The notes: generated from the sequence alone by a model not told the origin. A stretch of DNA of 63,741 nucleotides, filler included, from Ferroacidibacillus organovorans (GCF_001642725.1; 4 parts of 4 records of this genome joined end to end with filler, not necessarily neighbours in it), one strand, 5' to 3'. Shown: positions 10,299 through 21,076, counted from the whole stretch's first letter. A program made the numbers and translations.

Positions 10299-11147
10299 GT
10301 GGCAAGGAACAGGAAAATCCTTCGTCGATTCAGTTGGGTGGTCATGGCTTCCTTATTATTGACGGGATGCAGTACGCAGATTCCCGTTTTGCAGCCGCAA
10401 GGGCCCGTTGCACAGCAAGAGTTCGGACTTATTGAATGGTCATTCTTTCTGATGTTGATTGTTGCGATTGTCGTTTTCATCCTGTTTGGCGTGTTTATCT
10501 ACCGCTATCGAAATACGCCGAACAATAAGGCGCCTTATGAACCCGATATGGAAGGCAGTCGCAAATTGGAGTTTATCTGGACGCTGATTCCAGTCGTCAT
10601 CGTTTTGCTGATCGCAGTGCCTACCGTGCGCACAACATACGCTTTGCAGGCGCCACCATCGACGGCAAAAACGGATCCGCTTGTCATTAATGTGACCAGC
10701 GCGGCTTGGAAGTGGGTTTTCCAGTATCCGAAAAGCGGCCTGGAAACGGTCAACTACTTGGTTATCCCTGCCAATGAACCAGTTCAGTTTAACCTGACGT
10801 CTGTAGGGCCGATGAATACGTTCTGGATTCCATCGCTTGGCGGAATGGAGTTCAACATGCCAAACGTGACGCTCGGTCTGTGGCTTCAGGCGGATCATCC
10901 AGGTATTTATCTGGGGAGAAGCGCGAATTTTTCAGGCGTTGGTTTTGAACACATGTCTTTTACAGTGAAGGCGTTATCGATTCCACAGTTCAACACATGG
11001 GTTTCTGCGGTTAAAAAGACAGCCCCTGCGTTATCGAGCGCGGAGAATAACCAGATCCTTTACACGCACGGTTTGTCGCCAAAGCTCACGTTTTCATCCT
11101 ATCCGTCGACAACAGCGACGGGCACGGCAGGTATGTCTGGAATGTAG
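10299..11147 (+). CDS. qoxA: cytochrome aa3 quinol oxidase subunit II
   Basis: Lipobox LLLTGC; LEFIWT, WKWVFQYP, SANFSG; no CuA ligands. Confidence 0.92.
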   Translation: MARNRKILRRFSWVVMASLLLTGCSTQIPVLQPQGPVAQQEFGLIEWSFFLMLIVAIVVFILFGVFIYRYRNTPNNKAPYEPDMEGSRKLEFIWTLIPVVIVLLIAVPTVRTTYALQAPPSTAKTDPLVINVTSAAWKWVFQYPKSGLETVNYLVIPANEPVQFNLTSVGPMNTFWIPSLGGMEFNMPNVTLGLWLQADHPGIYLGRSANFSGVGFEHMSFTVKALSIPQFNTWVSAVKKTAPALSSAENNQILYTHGLSPKLTFSSYPSTTATGTAGMSGM

Positions 11148-11159
11148 GGAGGGATTGCA

Positions 11160-13121
11160 ATGCTTCCAAGGTATTTTTATAACTTCAGCACGTTTATGTC
11201 GATGTTTCCGCACAATTACCTGATCTACGGTGCGGACGTCTCCATTGTCGGTGCGACGGCGCTCATCATTTTTGTGCTTACGTACTTTAAGAAATGGAAG
11301 TGGCTGTGGGATAATTGGATCACCACGGTTGACCACAAACGCATTGGTATCATGTACATTCTCGCGGCATTCGCCATGTTCTTCCGTGGCGGAACCGACG
11401 GCCTTTTAATGCGCACGCAACTCGCGCTTCCCAATCTGCATTTTTTGAGCGCACAACACTATGATGAGATCTTTACGACGCATGGCACCATCATGATCCT
11501 CTTCATGGCGATGCCGATGCTGATTGGGCTCATCAACGTGGCGGTGCCGCTTCAAATCGGTGCACGCGACGTCGCGTTTCCTTATTTAAATGCGATCAGT
11601 TTCTGGACATTTTTCTTCGGTGCGATGCTTTTCAACATCTCCTTTGTGTTTGGTGGATCGCCTGACGCAGGGTGGACGAGTTACGCTCCACTCTCTGAAC
11701 TACAGTTTGATCCAGGACCTGGTGAGAACTATTACCTGCTTGGACTTCAACTCGCCGGAATCGGGACGATTGCCACAGGCGTCAACTTTCTCGTCACCAT
11801 TCTAAAAATGCGCGCGCCGGGCATGACGCTCATGAAAATGCCGCAGTTTACGTGGGCGACATTGATCACTTCAATCATTATCATCTTTGCGTTTCCTGTG
11901 CTGACCGTTGCGCTCGCGCTTTTAACGATTGACCGATTGGCTGGCGCGCATTTTTTCACAATCGCCGCGGGCGGTATGCCGATGATGTGGGTCAACCTGT
12001 TCTGGATTTGGGGTCACCCGGAGGTGTACATTGTCATCCTGCCAGCATTTGGCATTCTCTCGGATGTGATCAGTACATTCTCTGGCAAAAAGATTTTTGG
12101 ATACACAGCGATGGTCGTGTCACTCGCTGCGATCGCGGCGCTCAGCTTTACCGTTTGGGTGCACCACTTCTTCACGATGGGCGCAGGCGCCGCTGTCAAC
12201 TCGTTCTTTGGCGTATCGACAATGCTGATCGCCATTCCGACGGGTGTGAAAATCTTCAACTGGCTGTTTACGATGTATCGCGGACGGATTCGCTTTACGA
12301 CGCCGATGCTCTGGGCGCTCGCGTTTATCCCGACGTTTGTCGTCGGTGGAATGACAGGTGTAATGCTCGCGGTCGCTCCCGCCGACTATCAGTATCACAA
12401 TAGCTACTTTCTGGTCAGCCACTTTCACTACGTGCTGATCGGCGGAACGGTCTTTGGTGCGTTTGCAGGAATTTATTACTGGTGGCCGAAAATGTTTGGT
12501 CACAAACTGAATGAGCGTTTGGGACGCTGGCATGTCGGCACATTCGTTCTCTTTTTCAACATGACCTTCTTCCCGATGTACATTGTCGGACTCATGGGCA
12601 TGACGCGTAGGATGTACACCTATCCGTCTGGCCTCGGTTGGACCGCGCTCAATCTGATTGAAACGATCGGCGCGTTTGGACAGGGTGCTTCGATGATGAT
12701 CATGGCGGTCAATATTGTGAGGAGCATCAAGTTTGGTGAACGGGATGTGACGGGGGATATCTGGGATGGTCGCACGCTCGAATGGTCGACCACCTCACCT
12801 GCGGCAGAGTACAACTTTTCCGTCTTGCCACAGGTCACCTCCGTGGATGAGTGGTGGGAGGAGAAGAAACGCGGGGTTGTCCGTCCAGATCACGCGACCT
12901 TCAAGCCGATTCACATGCCGAACAACTCTGGTTGGCCGTTTTTGATCGGGCTCTCCTTTTTCATTGCAGGATTTGGACTCGTCTTTAACTGGTGGCTCTC
13001 AGCGATCGTCGGTGCGCTCGGGATCATCACATTCTTGTTCCTGCGATCGTTTGACTACAACACCGATCACTACATCCCGGTTGATGAAGTAAAACGGGTT
13101 GAAGCCGCGGCAGGGAGGTAA
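11160..13121 (+). CDS. qoxB: cytochrome aa3 quinol oxidase subunit I
   Basis: TTVDHKRIG, WGHPEVY, WVHHFF, HFHYVL. Confidence 0.96.
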   Translation: MLPRYFYNFSTFMSMFPHNYLIYGADVSIVGATALIIFVLTYFKKWKWLWDNWITTVDHKRIGIMYILAAFAMFFRGGTDGLLMRTQLALPNLHFLSAQHYDEIFTTHGTIMILFMAMPMLIGLINVAVPLQIGARDVAFPYLNAISFWTFFFGAMLFNISFVFGGSPDAGWTSYAPLSELQFDPGPGENYYLLGLQLAGIGTIATGVNFLVTILKMRAPGMTLMKMPQFTWATLITSIIIIFAFPVLTVALALLTIDRLAGAHFFTIAAGGMPMMWVNLFWIWGHPEVYIVILPAFGILSDVISTFSGKKIFGYTAMVVSLAAIAALSFTVWVHHFFTMGAGAAVNSFFGVSTMLIAIPTGVKIFNWLFTMYRGRIRFTTPMLWALAFIPTFVVGGMTGVMLAVAPADYQYHNSYFLVSHFHYVLIGGTVFGAFAGIYYWWPKMFGHKLNERLGRWHVGTFVLFFNMTFFPMYIVGLMGMTRRMYTYPSGLGWTALNLIETIGAFGQGASMMIMAVNIVRSIKFGERDVTGDIWDGRTLEWSTTSPAAEYNFSVLPQVTSVDEWWEEKKRGVVRPDHATFKPIHMPNNSGWPFLIGLSFFIAGFGLVFNWWLSAIVGALGIITFLFLRSFDYNTDHYIPVDEVKRVEAAAGR

Positions 13122-13125
13122 TCAG

Positions 13126-13758
13126 ATGGCCTATTCAATCCCTTCAGACGACCACGAACACGCGATTGATACGAGTGGACCGCTTGAGTATTCGACCGAA
13201 GAGAACAAGCTCAAGATTCTCGGTTTCTGGGTCTTTCTCGGCGCCGAATTCGTCCTATTTTCCTGCCTGTTCGCAACGTATATCGTGCTGCACGGCAACA
13301 CGGCGGGCGGACCAACCTCGCAGCAACTGTATGACGTAAACGGCTTTATGACGGAGACGATGCTGTTGCTTGTCAGCAGTTTCACGTCAGGGCTTGCCAT
13401 TCACGCGATGCGCAACAACCAGAAGAATCAGATGATCGTTTGGTGGATCATCACGATGGGCCTTGGCGCCGGATTTGTCGGCATGGAGATCTCGGAGTTT
13501 GTTCACTACGTCTCGATCGGCGCGACCATCTCGCGCAGTGCATTTCTCTCCGGGTTTTTTACGCTGGTCGGAACGCACGGCGCGCACGTGACGCTTGGAT
13601 TTTTCTGGATGCTTTCCATTCTCATTCAGATCATCCGCAAGGGAATCACGCCGATTACGGCGCGCAAGGCATTCGTCGTGAGCCTCTACTGGCACTTTCT
13701 CGACGTGGTGTGGATCTTTATCTTTACGGTCGTCTACCTGACGGGTAAGGTGGTGTAA
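13126..13758 (+). CDS. qoxC: cytochrome aa3 quinol oxidase subunit III
   Basis: GFWVFLGAE, GTHGAHV, YWHFLDVVW; GGGAGG RBS before ATG 13126. Confidence 0.93.
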   Translation: MAYSIPSDDHEHAIDTSGPLEYSTEENKLKILGFWVFLGAEFVLFSCLFATYIVLHGNTAGGPTSQQLYDVNGFMTETMLLLVSSFTSGLAIHAMRNNQKNQMIVWWIITMGLGAGFVGMEISEFVHYVSIGATISRSAFLSGFFTLVGTHGAHVTLGFFWMLSILIQIIRKGITPITARKAFVVSLYWHFLDVVWIFIFTVVYLTGKVV

Positions 13759-13761
13759 TCG

Positions 13762-14103
13762 ATGGACACATCGCATCATGATGGATACGAACACACAGCA
13801 GTCAGCACACATCGCGAAGGATTTCCGTGGAAGGATATCATTGGCCTTGTCTTGTCACTCGCATTGACGTTTACCTCTTTACACATTGTGTTGACGCATG
13901 CGCTTCCGATCGGGGCATTGATTACAGCGATCGTCGTTTTAGCGGTGTTTCAGTTATTCGTTCAGCTCTTTCTCTTCATGCATTTGACGGAGAAAACGGG
14001 GACGCGCTCGAACATTGGGGCGATGGCTTTCGGACTCTTTGTCGCGTTTACGATCGTGGCGGGATCGATTTGGATCATGGCGTTTAACTCGTCATCATCC
14101 TGA
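13762..14103 (+). CDS. qoxD: cytochrome aa3 quinol oxidase subunit IV
   Basis: QLFLFMH and GSIWIM motifs; operon position. Confidence 0.9.
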   Translation: MDTSHHDGYEHTAVSTHREGFPWKDIIGLVLSLALTFTSLHIVLTHALPIGALITAIVVLAVFQLFVQLFLFMHLTEKTGTRSNIGAMAFGLFVAFTIVAGSIWIMAFNSSSS

Positions 14104-14136
14104 CACGGCTTGAGTTGTGACTGTGAGACGTTTCAC

Positions 14137-14171
14137 AAAGAACTGTCGACTAGCTTGTCGGCAGTTCTTTT
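14137..14171. terminator. bidirectional terminator between qoxD and the MFS gene
   Basis: AAAGAACTGTCGAC-TAGCTT-GTCGGCAGTTCTTT. Confidence 0.7.
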
Positions 14172-15358
14172 GTGTGCAGTTCTTCCTGTGCAGGTTGATC
14201 GAGGTTGCGCTGTACGTAGAGATAGATGGCGTTGAGAAAGAGCATGCCCATGGTGACATAGAACACGGAGCGTATCGAGTAAAGTGCCGCCACATTACTC
14301 CCGATGAGAGGGCCGATCAAATTGCCGAGAAAGACGGACGACGAGTTGATTCCAAACGCGACCGCCTGAAGATTTTCCGGCGCCTTCTTTTTGACGAGGA
14401 CATTGAGGGACGGAATCATACCGCCGATGAACAACCCGAGCAGTGCGCGCCCAATGAGCAGGACAGTCATATTGGTTGCGAGCGCCTGGGGAATGTAGGT
14501 TATCATGGCCATGATCAGCGCGACGATCAGCACACGCCGTTGCCCAATGCGATCGCTGATGCGCCCGAGGGTGGGGGCACCGATCAGGTTTGCGAATCCG
14601 CTTGTCGCGACGACGAGTCCCGCCATCACGGCGAGATGCGGGCCAGTATAGATCGTTTTGGCAAATAAGGTAACAATCGGCTCAATCGTCATCATGCCTG
14701 CCTGAATCGTGATTGACGCGATGAATACGGGGAGGAGTGGACGAAGCGCATGGAGCCGCGTGCGATTGGACTGGGGCTGCGGTCTTTCTGTGCGCTTAGG
14801 TTCGTGCACAAATATGAACACGATAAGGCTTGCGAGAATGAGCAGCGCACCGGTGAGGTAAAAAACACCCTTAAAGCCGAGCGTTTCCGACAAAAATCCG
14901 CCTACGAGTGGGCCGAGCAGAGAGCCTGCAATCGCGCCCGTTTGTAGGGTGCCAAGCGCGCGTCCGGAGTGTTCAGTCGGCGTTGTTGAAGCCTGAAGCG
15001 AGACGGACATCGAAATAAATCCAGAAAAAACGCCGTTGATGAGACGCAATCCGAGGAGTTGGAAAGGGGATGTCACAAATCCCATCAGCGTCGTGATGAT
15101 ACCCATGCCGATTCCGGCGCGCAGAAGCATCGGTTTTCGACCAAAACGGTCGGCCATCGCCCCCCAGATCGGTTGAAAAATGACAGACGTTACAAACTGA
15201 ATGGCATATATGGAACCACTCCAACGGTCGAGCGCCTGCGGTTGATGCACGCCGAGCGTCTCGATGTATAAAGGGAGGAAAGGGAGAATCAGGCTCATCC
15301 CGGCGGTTACCGCAAAGTTTGAAAACCAAAGAATGACGAGCGTTCGCTTCCAATTCAT
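14150..15358 (-). CDS. MFS multidrug transporter (MdtG-like)
   Basis: WGAMADRFGRKPML and SDRIGQRR motif A repeats; about 12 TM segments. Confidence 0.88.
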   Translation of the reverse strand: MNWKRTLVILWFSNFAVTAGMSLILPFLPLYIETLGVHQPQALDRWSGSIYAIQFVTSVIFQPIWGAMADRFGRKPMLLRAGIGMGIITTLMGFVTSPFQLLGLRLINGVFSGFISMSVSLQASTTPTEHSGRALGTLQTGAIAGSLLGPLVGGFLSETLGFKGVFYLTGALLILASLIVFIFVHEPKRTERPQPQSNRTRLHALRPLLPVFIASITIQAGMMTIEPIVTLFAKTIYTGPHLAVMAGLVVATSGFANLIGAPTLGRISDRIGQRRVLIVALIMAMITYIPQALATNMTVLLIGRALLGLFIGGMIPSLNVLVKKKAPENLQAVAFGINSSSVFLGNLIGPLIGSNVAALYSIRSVFYVTMGMLFLNAIYLYVQRNLDQPAQEELHTKELPTS

Positions 15359-15574
15359 GCTGATCACCCTCGTCTGTTTTGAAAATAGAGGCGCGAAATC
15401 GTCTCCTGTTCATTCTATATGAAATGATCATAATAAATTTCGTGATTCGAATCAAAGGTTATGTGAGCGTTTATGGAACGAGCGGTTTGCGTGTGTTACC
15501 ATGGGGGTGCAGAGGAATCTCAGTGTCGCTGTTCACTTATTCAGCGATGTTTTTTGTTCATTGGAGGACTCGGA

Positions 15575-16663
15575 ATGGATACCCATCGAATTGTTCTTCT
15601 AGGCGGCGGCTACGGTGGCATGTATTTTATGCGAACACTGCTTGCGCGGCTTCCTGACCATGTGGAAGTGACGCTGATCGATCGCTTGCCAAAAAGCCCG
15701 CTCAAGACAGAATTCTACAGTATTACGGCGGGGACGACATCGCTCAAGGATGTCACAATGCCGTTTCCGACACACCCCAAGCTGACATGCATCTTTGATG
15801 AAGTGCTCTTGATCAATCAGGAACAAAAGACCGTCACCTGTCGGGAACAGGGGGATGTAGCGTATGACACCCTCGTGGTGGCTCTCGGGTGTGTGGATCG
15901 CTTTCACGGGATTGCGGGAGCGGAAATGTACAGCAACAGTCTACAGAGTTTGAAACGCGCCCAGATGACGGGACACGACATTCTGACCATGGACGCGTAC
16001 CGCTCCGTCGTCTTGATCGGCGCCGGACTCACAGGCATTGAGTTGGCGGCTGAACTGCGCGAGTCGCGGCCAGACCTGAATGTTACCATTGTGGATCGGA
16101 ATGACAAGGTGTTAAAAGGATTTTCGCCAAAATTGCAGGAATATGTCGAGTCGTGGCTCACAGAGCATGATGTAACCATTCTGCACGGGATACAGACGGA
16201 GCGGATCGAGCCAGACCACATCGTGCACCAGCAGGGGACGATCCCGTTTGATCAACTCGTGTGGACGGCGGGCATCCAGGCGAGTCCGCTCATCCGCTCG
16301 CTGCAGTGTTCTTTTGATTCGATCGGACGAGCAGCGGTGAATGAGTGGCTTCAGCTTCCGGGTGATCCGGCAGTCTTCGTCATCGGCGACAGCGCCGCTT
16401 CTGTCCATCCCCCGTCTGCGCAACTCGCGGAGTTTCACGGTGAATACGCGGCGCAAACGATTCTCTCCCTCCTTCAGAATGAACAGCCGAAACAGCGCGA
16501 GTATCAGAATAAAGGTCAACTCGGATCACTCGGAAAAGGAATGGGGTTTGGCCAGGTCAAAGGCATTGACCTGGCAGGAAAGATTCCCCGTTTATTGAAA
16601 AGCGGTGTGTTATGGTCCTATAAGAAGCATGTCGAAAAGACAACCGTTCTCACGAAGGAGTGA
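15575..16663 (+). CDS. NAD(P)/FAD-dependent oxidoreductase (YutJ / type II NADH dehydrogenase-like)
   Basis: GGGYGG and GAGLTGIELAAE motifs; GGAGG RBS before ATG 15575. Confidence 0.85.
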   Translation: MDTHRIVLLGGGYGGMYFMRTLLARLPDHVEVTLIDRLPKSPLKTEFYSITAGTTSLKDVTMPFPTHPKLTCIFDEVLLINQEQKTVTCREQGDVAYDTLVVALGCVDRFHGIAGAEMYSNSLQSLKRAQMTGHDILTMDAYRSVVLIGAGLTGIELAAELRESRPDLNVTIVDRNDKVLKGFSPKLQEYVESWLTEHDVTILHGIQTERIEPDHIVHQQGTIPFDQLVWTAGIQASPLIRSLQCSFDSIGRAAVNEWLQLPGDPAVFVIGDSAASVHPPSAQLAEFHGEYAAQTILSLLQNEQPKQREYQNKGQLGSLGKGMGFGQVKGIDLAGKIPRLLKSGVLWSYKKHVEKTTVLTKE

Positions 16664-17043
16664 CGCGTTTGAAAAAAAGGGTTCCCTACGGTTCATTTCC
16701 TTCCCCGATTCACACTGAACTCTTTGTAAAGGGTGCGCGCTCGTTTGACCAACCGGTGGTTTTTGGCGATCAGATCTACTATTTGGAATCGCGCCCCGAG
16801 GATGAGGGGCGATCGGTGATTGTCAGTGTCGATCGCGCTGGGAGGCGAAGAGACGTTACTGGCGCTCCATTCACCGTACGCACGCACGCGCATGAATATG
16901 GGGGAGGCGCGTATGCGGTTGGGCGCGATAGCGTCTACTTTTCGCACGGTCGAGACAATCGCATCTATGAATTGCGTCACGATGCGTCGCCCCTGCCACT
17001 GACGCGTGAGTTCAACGTGTATTTTGCCGACCTACTCGTGGAT
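16660..17043 (+). CDS. S9 family peptidase, 3'-truncated by contig end
   Basis: PYGSFPSPI, ESRPEDEGR and HEYGGG N-terminal motifs. Confidence 0.8.
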
Positions 17044-17143
17044 NNNNNNNNNNNNNNNNNNNNNNNNNNNNNNNNNNNNNNNNNNNNTTAATTAATTAAN
17101 NNNNNNNNNNNNNNNNNNNNNNNNNNNNNNNNNNNNNNNNNNN
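17044..17143. other. artificial contig linker
   Basis: N44-TTAATTAATTAA-N44 with stops in all six frames. Confidence 0.98.
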
Positions 17144-17213
17144 AACACCTCGAATCGATTTACTTATTTTCACACTCTCGATTCGCTGTGTCCACCACTA
17201 AAGCCTAACATCA
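17144..17213 (+). mobile_element. IS3-family right end
   Basis: GTGTCCACCACTAAAGCCTAACATCA (17188-17213) matches the end of the IS3 remnant at 45809-45834 in motif and length; ends in CA. Confidence 0.6.
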
Positions 17214-17698
17214 AGTTGATAGGAGCAGCGCATGGTGATTCTCCGGTAACAGCTGTGGGTTACCGGAAGCTACTGGGCACGCCACTGTCAGAAATCCCAC
17301 CGGAGGACGCAATCCCCTTGCTGCGTTGTCCCGTCCGACCCGTCGTGATAGAGGTCATCGAAGACTTCTTAGCCAGACCACAGAACTTTCAATTCGAACC
17401 TGTTCTGCTTCATGGCGATCTCGCTGCTGAACACACTTTGGTCAACACAGAGACAGGTGAAATCGGTGTGATTGATTTTGGCGATTGCGGAATGGGTGAT
17501 CCCGCGTATGACGTGTGGCCAGAGTTGACACCATTTTATCACGGCCCGATGGATGAATTGTTCTGCGCACGGCAGGGGTTTTACCGCAAGCTAGCGCCAT
17601 TTCACGGTGTGCTGCATGGACTGTTGATCTGTGACGACGTGCTGGTGACGAATGCTCTCCGGCAGGTAGAGGCAGAGTATGCGGGGAAGTCTGAGTAA
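17214..17698 (+). pseudogene. aminoglycoside phosphotransferase-family gene, 3' part (IS-split, probable internal deletion)
   Basis: HGDL and VIDFGD motifs; joins in frame to 33539-33788 through a shared AGT. Confidence 0.75.
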
Positions 17699-17928
17699 CC
17701 AATATATGCAAAAATTCGTGTCATGTCATTTGCTGTGGCAGAGCAAGTCGGGATGTACTTGGAGAGACGTGCAATCTTCAAGGGACAACGGGTGTGCATC
17801 TCTTTATGAGGAACGGAGTTCTATGCCGGGACATGATCCGGTCGAATCACGATTTGTAACTTTTTTGGCGACTCGTATCCTTCTGGTCGTCTCAATCGTT
17901 AATCTAGTGTCAGCAGGAAGGAGGCGGC

Positions 17929-18666
17929 ATGGTGTCCGTGCAAGGTGTATCCATACATTCATTGGAATCATCCCAGCAGATGGACCGTAAAGAGATTTCG
18001 ATGCTTCGTTCACAGTTGGTGCGGTACTGTGAGTTCTTGAGCGGCTCAAAGCACGATGCACAGGATCTGGTACAGGCAACGTTGCTCAAGGCCATGCCAG
18101 TGCTGAACGGGGAGCAGTCACATCCAAACCTGCCTGCACTGCTCAAACGTATTGCAAAGAACACCTGGCTCGATCATCTCCGCAAGCAGGGTAAGAATCA
18201 GTTTTTTGATCCAGATGAATGGGTTGATCACTTATGTGTAGACCCGCAGGATTCCTCATCGCTGGAAGAGGCGTTGCAGGTTCTGGTAGCAACCTTGACA
18301 CCCGGACAGCGGGCAGTCGTTCTTCTCTGTGATGTGTTTCAATATACGGATCGTGAGGCAGCAGAATTGCTTCAGATAAGTCGTGGTGCGGTAAAGGCGA
18401 CCTTGCACCGAGCAAGGGTACGGTTAGAACTCTTCAAGGAAGGTGTAGAGATCTCACCTGTCGCTGACGAAACGCAGAAGGAGATCCTGGAGGCCTATGT
18501 ATCCGCATTCCAATCAGCGGACGTCTGCATGCTCATCCATCTTTGCCAAGACGGTGCTCTCGATTCGATTCAGGCCACGACCAAAGTTCTCGCAATTGTG
18601 CAGCGACAAGCTGACACGAGAAAGGCGATCGACCACAATTCGATATCCATGTTGGCCGCCGCATAA
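17929..18666 (+). CDS. ECF RNA polymerase sigma factor with C-terminal extension
   Basis: DAQDLVQAT region 2; EAAELLQISRGAVKATLHRAR region 4; AGGAGG RBS. Confidence 0.88.
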   Translation: MVSVQGVSIHSLESSQQMDRKEISMLRSQLVRYCEFLSGSKHDAQDLVQATLLKAMPVLNGEQSHPNLPALLKRIAKNTWLDHLRKQGKNQFFDPDEWVDHLCVDPQDSSSLEEALQVLVATLTPGQRAVVLLCDVFQYTDREAAELLQISRGAVKATLHRARVRLELFKEGVEISPVADETQKEILEAYVSAFQSADVCMLIHLCQDGALDSIQATTKVLAIVQRQADTRKAIDHNSISMLAAA

Positions 18667-18691
18667 CACATTTTGAGAGGGGGATTCGTCC

Positions 18692-19270
18692 ATGGCACTC
18701 ATTCCGTATGTGATTGAGCAAACCAGTCGTGGCGAACGCAGCTACGACATCTATTCAAGGCTTCTGAAAGATCGAATTGTAATGGTAGGTTCCGAAATCG
18801 ACGATGACATGTCAAACGCAATTGTGGCCCAACTTTTATTCCTCGCAGCGGATGATCCGGACAAGGACATTCAGATGTACATCAACAGCCCAGGCGGATC
18901 GGTCACGGCGGGTTTCGCCATTTACGACACGATGCAGCACATCAAACCGGCCGTATCGACCATCTGCGTGGGCATGGCCGCGAGTTTCGGCGCGGTGTTG
19001 TTGACAGCAGGTGCGAAAGGCAAGCGATTTGCGCTACCAAACAGCGAAGTGATGATCCATCAGCCTCTCGGTGGAGCCAGAGGGCAGGCATCTGACATCA
19101 AAATTCATGCGGATTGGATTTTGAAGACTCGGGAGAAAATCAACGCACTTTTGGCGAGACACACGGGGCAACCCATCGAACAAATCGCAGCGGATACTGA
19201 CCGGGATCGGTTCATGAGCGCCGAGGAAGCGAAACGTTACGGCCTCATCGACGATGTGATTGCAAGGTAG
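18692..19270 (+). CDS. clpP: ATP-dependent Clp protease proteolytic subunit
   Basis: [24 protein letters not shown] (Ser), MIHQP (His), DRD (Asp). Confidence 0.96.
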   Translation: MALIPYVIEQTSRGERSYDIYSRLLKDRIVMVGSEIDDDMSNAIVAQLLFLAADDPDKDIQMYINSPGGSVTAGFAIYDTMQHIKPAVSTICVGMAASFGAVLLTAGAKGKRFALPNSEVMIHQPLGGARGQASDIKIHADWILKTREKINALLARHTGQPIEQIAADTDRDRFMSAEEAKRYGLIDDVIAR

Positions 19271-19292
19271 AGTTTGAGAATGGAGGCGAGAT

Positions 19293-20291
19293 ATGCGGAT
19301 TTTGATCTTGGGTGGCACAGCGTTTTTAGGGCGACACTTGGTCGATGTAGCTCTTACAAACGGCCATGAAGTCACGTTGTTCAACCGGGGTCAGACCAAC
19401 CCGGAGTTGTATTCGAATGTCGAAAATTTGCGTGGCGATCGGGATGGGAATCTCGATGCGCTCCGTGGGCGGAACTGGGATGCGGTAATTGACACGAGTG
19501 GCTATGTATCACGGATTGTTCGCCAGTCGGTGGAAATGTTGAAAGACGCCGTTATTCACTATACGTTCGTTTCGAGTATTTCTGTGTACGTGGATTTCTC
19601 CCAAGCCGGAATGGATGAGGACGCGCCAGTTGGAACATTGGAGGATGAGACGACCGAAAACGTAGCTGAGCATTACGGTGCACTTAAGGCGCAGTGTGAG
19701 AGGGAAGTTCAGTCGACGTTCGGTGATCGTGCGCTAGTTGTTCGACCAGGGTTGATCGTCGGGCCACACGACCCCACAGATCGGTTCACCTCCTGGGTGC
19801 GACGATTTGGACAGGGTGGGGAAGTCCTCGTACCAGGACGGCGTGACTATCCAATCCAGTTTATTGATGGAAGAGATTTGGCGGAGTGGATCATTCAGAT
19901 GGTCGAGCACAAGATGAGCGGCGTATACAATGCCACGGGTCCTGAAAAGGTGCTGACGATGGAGGACTTTATCGAAAACTTGAGGGATGCAATTCCATCG
20001 GCAGGAAGTGCAATGTGGGTTAGTGAAGTGTTCCTTCAGTCACAGGGTGTAAAAGAATGGGCTGAATTACCGCTTTGGATTTCTGACAAGACGGGTTGGC
20101 CAGGTTTTACAACCGTTAACGTCAAACGGGCGATTGCACAAGGTCTAACCTGTCGCCCCCTTTTAGAAACCGTACGTGATACTTTGAGATGGGATCAAAC
20201 ACGGCCGCAGGATAGCAATTTAAAGGCGGGGCTGAGCCATGAGCGAGAGCTTGACTTGCTGCGAACATGGAAGGCATGGGATGCCAGATGA
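19293..20291 (+). CDS. NAD-dependent epimerase/dehydratase (atypical SDR)
   Basis: LGGTAFLG, YGALK, RPGLIVGP. Confidence 0.88.
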   Translation: MRILILGGTAFLGRHLVDVALTNGHEVTLFNRGQTNPELYSNVENLRGDRDGNLDALRGRNWDAVIDTSGYVSRIVRQSVEMLKDAVIHYTFVSSISVYVDFSQAGMDEDAPVGTLEDETTENVAEHYGALKAQCEREVQSTFGDRALVVRPGLIVGPHDPTDRFTSWVRRFGQGGEVLVPGRRDYPIQFIDGRDLAEWIIQMVEHKMSGVYNATGPEKVLTMEDFIENLRDAIPSAGSAMWVSEVFLQSQGVKEWAELPLWISDKTGWPGFTTVNVKRAIAQGLTCRPLLETVRDTLRWDQTRPQDSNLKAGLSHERELDLLRTWKAWDAR

Positions 20292-21076
20292 CGACGGACG
20301 TCATTCGCACGGTCGTTGCGATTTATGATATTCACGGCAACTTGCCAGCATTGAACGCAGTGCTCAAGGAATTGAAGAACGTGCAACCGGATCACATATT
20401 GGTGGGAGGCGACATCGTTTCCGGTCCAATGCCTCGGGAAACATTGGATCGATTCTCTTCTCTAAACCTACCGGTTCACTTTATTCGTGGAAATGGCGAC
20501 CGTGAAGTGGTGACGGCCTTTGACGGCAAATCTCTGCCAGAAACGATGTCTGAAGAAGGGCGTCGTGTGACAGAGTGGGCTGCCGAACAGCTAGCACGTT
20601 CACAGAGAGATTTTCTGGCCCAGTTACCAGAGCGCATGACGCTTCAAGTGGAGGGGTTGGGGGATGTCCTGTTTTGTCATGCCACGCCTCATAGCGATGA
20701 GGAAATCTTCACACCAATTTCCACTTCAGAGTACATCAGTCGTATCTTTGCGGGTGTAGAAGAGTTATTTGTCGTATGCGGACATACGCACATGCAATTT
20801 GAACGCCAAGTAAAAGGATTGCGCATTCTCAATGCGGGGAGCGTGGGCATGCCTTACGCAGAGCAACCGGGCGCGTATTGGATGTTGATTGGACCGGATG
20901 GGTTCGAGTTCAGGCGTACGACGTATGACTTGGAAACAGCCGCGAGAGACATCGAAGCGAGCGGATATCCGCAAGCGCAGGAGTTTGTCAAGGAGAACGT
21001 GCTTGCGATTCCCACAGCAACAGAGGCAGCGCAATTTTTGGAGGGTTTGATAAAAAGGCACCGTACTGATGAATGA
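20288..21076 (+). CDS. metallophosphoesterase
   Basis: DIHGN, GGD, RGNGD, GHTH, NAGSVG. Confidence 0.88.
   Translation: MTTDVIRTVVAIYDIHGNLPALNAVLKELKNVQPDHILVGGDIVSGPMPRETLDRFSSLNLPVHFIRGNGDREVVTAFDGKSLPETMSEEGRRVTEWAAEQLARSQRDFLAQLPERMTLQVEGLGDVLFCHATPHSDEEIFTPISTSEYISRIFAGVEELFVVCGHTHMQFERQVKGLRILNAGSVGMPYAEQPGAYWMLIGPDGFEFRRTTYDLETAARDIEASGYPQAQEFVKENVLAIPTATEAAQFLEGLIKRHRTDE

Noticed and set aside
17088..17099. TTAATTAATTAA palindrome repeated three times in the window
   Set aside because: It is embedded in N runs and is an artificial contig linker; gene order across it is not biological.
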